20,000 nucleotides of DNA from the IMG/VR virus record IMGVR_UViG_3300028608_000013; one strand, written 5' to 3'. This stretch comes from an uncultured virus (IMG/VR IMGVR_UViG_3300028608_000013) (taxonomy: Duplodnaviria > Heunggongvirae > Uroviricota > Caudoviricetes). This document shows, in pieces, positions 16,551 to 20,000 of this stretch; the stretch's first letter is position 1; every line of letters starts with the position of its first letter. The notes under the pieces were generated by a model that worked only from the letters and a program-made list of their open reading frames with translations, made no database searches and was not told the origin of the DNA. The translations under genes and the position numbers were made by a program.

Positions 16551-18212
16551 TTAAGCAAAGGGTTCACGGTAGCGTAGGCGTTTATCAGTCTTCACGAACA
16601 GCCACTTCAGCGATGGGTCCAACGCTGTAGTCTTGCCTTGAATGAGATATACACATGGGTTGAGATAACCTCGACCATCCGGATAGGGTCCAGTTACCCG
16701 GAGGAAGCTGTTAACAAATGCAAGCGACGCATGCGCCACACCTGCACTGTCCGTGGTATCAAACTCTCCACGTTTCTTCGCTTTAGTCGAGTTCGTGTAA
16801 ACACGATGCTGAGGCATACAACCCAACACGTAGTCCACAAACGGGTTATCGGTTGGCGTCGCTTCCTGAATGAGATTGGTTGTACGTGAATTGTCAATCT
16901 CCTTAATGTGAAAGTTGTTAGTCAGGAAACGAGCAACCTTTTTCTGGTTAAGCTCGGAGTTGTTTTTGATCTCGTGCTTGAACTTGTTGGCGGCTGTAAT
17001 CAGCTTGTCCAACGTAAACTCCAGGCTCGCCAGTTCCTTGTGGAACATGTCTGCGCGATCCGTGGTTTGCACAATCTCACTGCGGTTAGCAATGATGTAG
17101 TTGAACAACTCAAACATGTTGCTAACTACAATGGACTGACTGGCAAACTTCTTGATCGAGTCTTCGTCGAGGTACTCGTTAATGGAATCAAAGTGCTCAT
17201 TCATCAAGCGCATGATGTACTCATTACTGTCACCGGACTTAACCGAGCAACGACCAATAATGAGTTTCCAATAGTCCGGGTTATCGATGTTGTCAATATC
17301 GAAGTACGACGAAAGGCAGTCTACTACGAACAACAGTGCACTGGCATACTGCAAGCCCATTGCGCTGAGTTCTTTCCGCTTGCTCGATTTGTTGCGAATT
17401 GCAATGCCGTAGTCATGGGGAACAAACTCTCCCAGGAACTTGGCATTACCAGAACGACTGGCGCGGGTAAAGATCTCCCAGCGGTCTTCTGGCTTACATT
17501 CCGACACCAATACCTCAATAGGTGCGATCTCGTAGTCGCATTCCCCAAAGAGATCGATTGCCTTGCTGAACCCCATGTCAGCAAAGGTGTACCATGCCAG
17601 CAACGGCATAGGTGTTTTGGTATCGTTGATCTTGCGTGACTCAGTCGGGCTGTAGAACCGGTTAGCAGCCAGGTTCAGCTCTGTGGTCTTGTACACCAGG
17701 TTACCCGTGTCGGTGAGGACCTGGGAGAACTTGAAGTGCTCAGTACCAATCTTGAACTTAAAGCCCAGCACCTTAACGAACAAGGCATTTTCTTTTGTAA
17801 CAGGTAGCCCACGTTCAGCCAGAACAAACTGCAAGCTGTACTGGGTACCACGCAACCACAGGTCACCGTAGACGTCGGTATACGGCAGCATGGTGTACTG
17901 CTGCATCTCGATGATCTCACCCGCCCGGTTAACGTATTCAAACATCAACTTGACTGGGTACAGGGTTTCCTTGTGTATATCAAACAGCTTGGTGCTGCTT
18001 TGGATCAGGTGACTGATGTACTCATCCGGAGATACCTCTTTCACACATTTGAAGAACACGCCACGCTTTTCGATGCTCTTGAAAATCATCCTGAGAGCAT
18101 TCTCGTAGTAATGGACAGCACCTTCAAATTCGTTTTGATGAAATCCTTCCGTGATTGTTGAGTTAAACCGCGCCATTGAGCTATCAATGGCCTTGGCTAA
18201 TTTCAGTGACAT
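16551..18212 (-). CDS. Non-virion RNA polymerase beta subunit, N-terminal part (phiKZ gp123-like)
   Basis: 553 aa. LPYTDVYGDLWLRGTQY resembles the rpoB P.MT..G.F.ING.E region, and HASLAF...GPYPDGRGYLNP resembles the HP.HYGR...TPEG region. It lies two genes downstream of the MCP, as in phiKZ relatives. Confidence 0.8.
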   Translation of the reverse strand: MSLKLAKAIDSSMARFNSTITEGFHQNEFEGAVHYYENALRMIFKSIEKRGVFFKCVKEVSPDEYISHLIQSSTKLFDIHKETLYPVKLMFEYVNRAGEIIEMQQYTMLPYTDVYGDLWLRGTQYSLQFVLAERGLPVTKENALFVKVLGFKFKIGTEHFKFSQVLTDTGNLVYKTTELNLAANRFYSPTESRKINDTKTPMPLLAWYTFADMGFSKAIDLFGECDYEIAPIEVLVSECKPEDRWEIFTRASRSGNAKFLGEFVPHDYGIAIRNKSSKRKELSAMGLQYASALLFVVDCLSSYFDIDNIDNPDYWKLIIGRCSVKSGDSNEYIMRLMNEHFDSINEYLDEDSIKKFASQSIVVSNMFELFNYIIANRSEIVQTTDRADMFHKELASLEFTLDKLITAANKFKHEIKNNSELNQKKVARFLTNNFHIKEIDNSRTTNLIQEATPTDNPFVDYVLGCMPQHRVYTNSTKAKKRGEFDTTDSAGVAHASLAFVNSFLRVTGPYPDGRGYLNPCVYLIQGKTTALDPSLKWLFVKTDKRLRYREPFA

Positions 18213-18222
18213 GAGTGCTCCG

Positions 18223-19359
18223 TTATGCTGTTAGCAGCTTATACCCCGTGATTGCCACGCCCGCTAGAGTCCCTACGGCTTTAGCTAGATCCCCCCAGGA
18301 ATTTTGGGCGCCCTTTTGTTTTACTAACTCAGTGTTCGCCTTGTTCACTGTGTCCTTTATACGGGTTTCGAACTTAAACAAGTCCGAAGCCATCTTGCCG
18401 CTGTGCTTCAAGGTGTTAGCTTCCATACGGTGCTCCATCTTGACAGCGTTCAGCTCAAGCTTGTGTTCTTCTTTCACTTTCGTTAGATCGGTATTCAGGC
18501 GAAAGACCGTGGCTTCAGATTTACCCAATGCCTCGGTAAGGTTTTCAATCTGGGTACGCATGCTGTTGGCGTCTTTATTAAGGTCTCGATTCTTGCTCTC
18601 TGCCGTCAAGAATCGTTCTGTATTACCTCCTGCATCACACTCGACTTTGGTTTTGAACAGACCCAGATGTGTTAATTTCTGATCGTCCAACTCGCCGAAG
18701 GCGTAATATTGGGTTCCCCGTGGTTCAATACCGCGAGAAATACCAACATACAATCCGGGTTGTTTGTTTGCATCATAGTCAACCGGTACCTCAGTCGATT
18801 TACCCATGATGTTGGTCCATAGTGGTTTGTTAACCCGTTGTGGGTCGTTTACGTAAACAAAGTAGTGCAGCGCAGCCTTTCCTTGTACAGACTCATCGCC
18901 AGGATTCTCGAAGAGTTCCTTCATAGTGAAGGCTGGAGTATTGAGACAAGGTTGGTCCAAGTTCTCGCTACCCAGGTACATGGTAATGCCGAGCAGTTCG
19001 CTATGAATAGCATTGTTGCGTTCCACTAAGCCTTTGTGCAGGTCCAGTTGGACTCGCAGTGTAACCGGCATGCGGATGTAGTGTTCGGTGTTGCTTTTCT
19101 TTAACCGCTCATGTTCCTTGGACAACTCCACCAGTACGGCTTTGTCAAGCTTGGTCAATGCAGCGTTCACGTCGATCCTGAGGTTGTCCAAATAGACGTT
19201 CTCAATGACCACGTGGATTTGTTGTTCATTCATGTACGTGGCTTCAGTACCACGCTGCACGATATAGCTCAACCCACCTTTGATCTTGACAATGATCTCT
19301 TTGCTCGAGATGTTGGTGATCCGGTAGTTGAGTTGAAAGCAATTGAGTTCAGTAGTCAT
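18223..19359 (-). CDS. Hypothetical protein with C-terminal coiled coil and hydrophobic tail (378 aa)
   Basis: GAGG SD; heptad-like region from about residue 260 to 350; ends WGDLAKAVGTLAGVAITGYKLLTA. Confidence 0.85.
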   Translation of the reverse strand: MTTELNCFQLNYRITNISSKEIIVKIKGGLSYIVQRGTEATYMNEQQIHVVIENVYLDNLRIDVNAALTKLDKAVLVELSKEHERLKKSNTEHYIRMPVTLRVQLDLHKGLVERNNAIHSELLGITMYLGSENLDQPCLNTPAFTMKELFENPGDESVQGKAALHYFVYVNDPQRVNKPLWTNIMGKSTEVPVDYDANKQPGLYVGISRGIEPRGTQYYAFGELDDQKLTHLGLFKTKVECDAGGNTERFLTAESKNRDLNKDANSMRTQIENLTEALGKSEATVFRLNTDLTKVKEEHKLELNAVKMEHRMEANTLKHSGKMASDLFKFETRIKDTVNKANTELVKQKGAQNSWGDLAKAVGTLAGVAITGYKLLTA

Positions 19360-19414
19360 ATTGAGAACCTCTGCTGACTTCCTTAAAAGTCAATTCGTTA
19401 TAGCTAGTCCTCTT

Positions 19415-19435
19415 GATAATGTAGGTTTAAAAAAT
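19415..19435 (-). promoter_or_regulatory. Variant early/middle promoter (TTTTTTAAACCTACATTATC) for the RNAP-subunit operon
   Basis: Aligns with TTTTTATTAAATCTATATTACT at 14091-14112, but lacks the TTTAAG box. Confidence 0.5.
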
Positions 19436-19464
19436 TACAACCAATAATCAAAATGCAACATAGA

Positions 19465-19496
19465 CCCCCTCCCCCGACCGAAGCCAGGAGAGGGGG
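19465..19496 (-). terminator. MCP operon terminal stem-loop with C(UUCG)G loop
   Basis: Minus-strand CCCCCTCTCCTGGC-TTCG-GTCGGGGGAGGGGG; its three G-U pairs form only on the minus strand. Confidence 0.85.
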
Positions 19497-19517
19497 GTTA
19501 TGCTTGTTCCCTGTGAA

Positions 19518-19603
19518 GGGGTTACCGCAGCACTACGACACCACGGAGCTTACTCAGGATCAAGAACCCCGTAGTAAGCTGCCGCAACCCTTATTACGGG
19601 TTT
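19518..19603 (-). other. Putative programmed -1 ribosomal frameshift cassette at the MCP 3' end
   Basis: A_AAC_CCG heptamer (19603-19597), TAATAA spacer, then stem GGGTTGCGGCAGC...GCTGCGGTAACCC. The -1 frame encodes VIRVAAAYYGVLDPE* (stop 19552-19550). Confidence 0.6.
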
Positions 19604-20000
19604 ACAGGTGCGTTACCTTCGGTCGCCGTGATCAGAGCGTCCATACCTTCAACCTGAACGATCTGTTTCGCCAGCTTGGTCAGGAGGCCTTCGTCACCCA
19701 GGAACTCGTGAGCATCTTCGATGGTCAGCGAGCCGATGATGACGTTCAGTGGCCAGTGACGGTAGGTAGGCATGGTCATAACCACGCCGAAGTCCTGTTG
19801 GTCACGAGTCACGTTACCCTGCACGACGATGTTCTCTTTCGAGATGTTCACGCCGATGCCGCCCAGTGGGTTGATGAAGTCGTTGGTGGACGTGTTCTTC
19901 GGAACGATCAGCAGTTGGCCGATTTGGCTGTCGAAGTTGGTCTCAACGATTTGCATCGGGGTCACTGGACCCAGGGAGCGAGCGTCGCCAGAGCGCATCA
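19594..20000 (-). CDS. Major capsid protein, C-terminal part (phiKZ gp120-like; begins beyond the right edge)
   Basis: Very strong codon bias; MRSGDARSLG...MPTYRHWPLNVIIG resembles recalled phiKZ-family MCP C-termini; position upstream of the nvRNAP subunit; tandem TAA TAA stop. Confidence 0.75.
   Translation of the reverse strand, partial: MRSGDARSLGPVTPMQIVETNFDSQIGQLLIVPKNTSTNDFINPLGGIGVNISKENIVVQGNVTRDQQDFGVVMTMPTYRHWPLNVIIGSLTIEDAHEFLGDEGLLTKLAKQIVQVEGMDALITATEGNAPVNP

Noticed and set aside
19509..19596. Stop readthrough or +1 frameshift at the MCP end
   Set aside because: Tandem TAA TAA argues against readthrough; the +1 frame gives a short motif-free peptide, and the last codon is CCG rather than the +1-prone CCC.
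1..20000. Alternative genetic code, introns/inteins, CRISPR arrays, tRNAs, mobile elements
   Set aside because: Long ORFs tile the window intact under code 11 with all three stops used; by eye there is no repeat-spacer array, cloverleaf, transposase, homing nuclease or intein motif.

Overview
This is a segment of a phiKZ-related (Chimalliviridae-like, nucleus-forming) jumbo phage genome in standard code 11. Family assignments come from recalled motifs and synteny, not from a search. Reading right to left on the minus strand: the 3' end of the major capsid protein (MCP) gene; a three-gene unit with a coiled-coil protein, a non-virion RNA polymerase beta subunit (phiKZ gp123-like) and a 774-aa protein; an accessory island with early-type promoters (HD hydrolase, glycine-zipper protein, two unknowns); and a late 214-aa protein. 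Next come the portal gene (+) divergent from a baseplate/structural operon (-) ending in a RuvC-like resolvase and a 2-TM holin candidate, then a structural gene plus an overlapped i-/o-spanin pair (+), and a truncated structural gene (-) at the left edge. The top observation is at the MCP stop. A correctly phased slippery heptamer A_AAC_CCG is followed by a 6-nt spacer and a long RNA stem. A -1 frameshift there would add VIRVAAAYYGVLDPE, matching the YYGELxPE repeats at the C-terminus of the 753-aa structural protein 13.5 kb away, with an identical 12-nt core in all three copies. This suggests a shared virion docking tag added to a fraction of capsid subunits by recoding.
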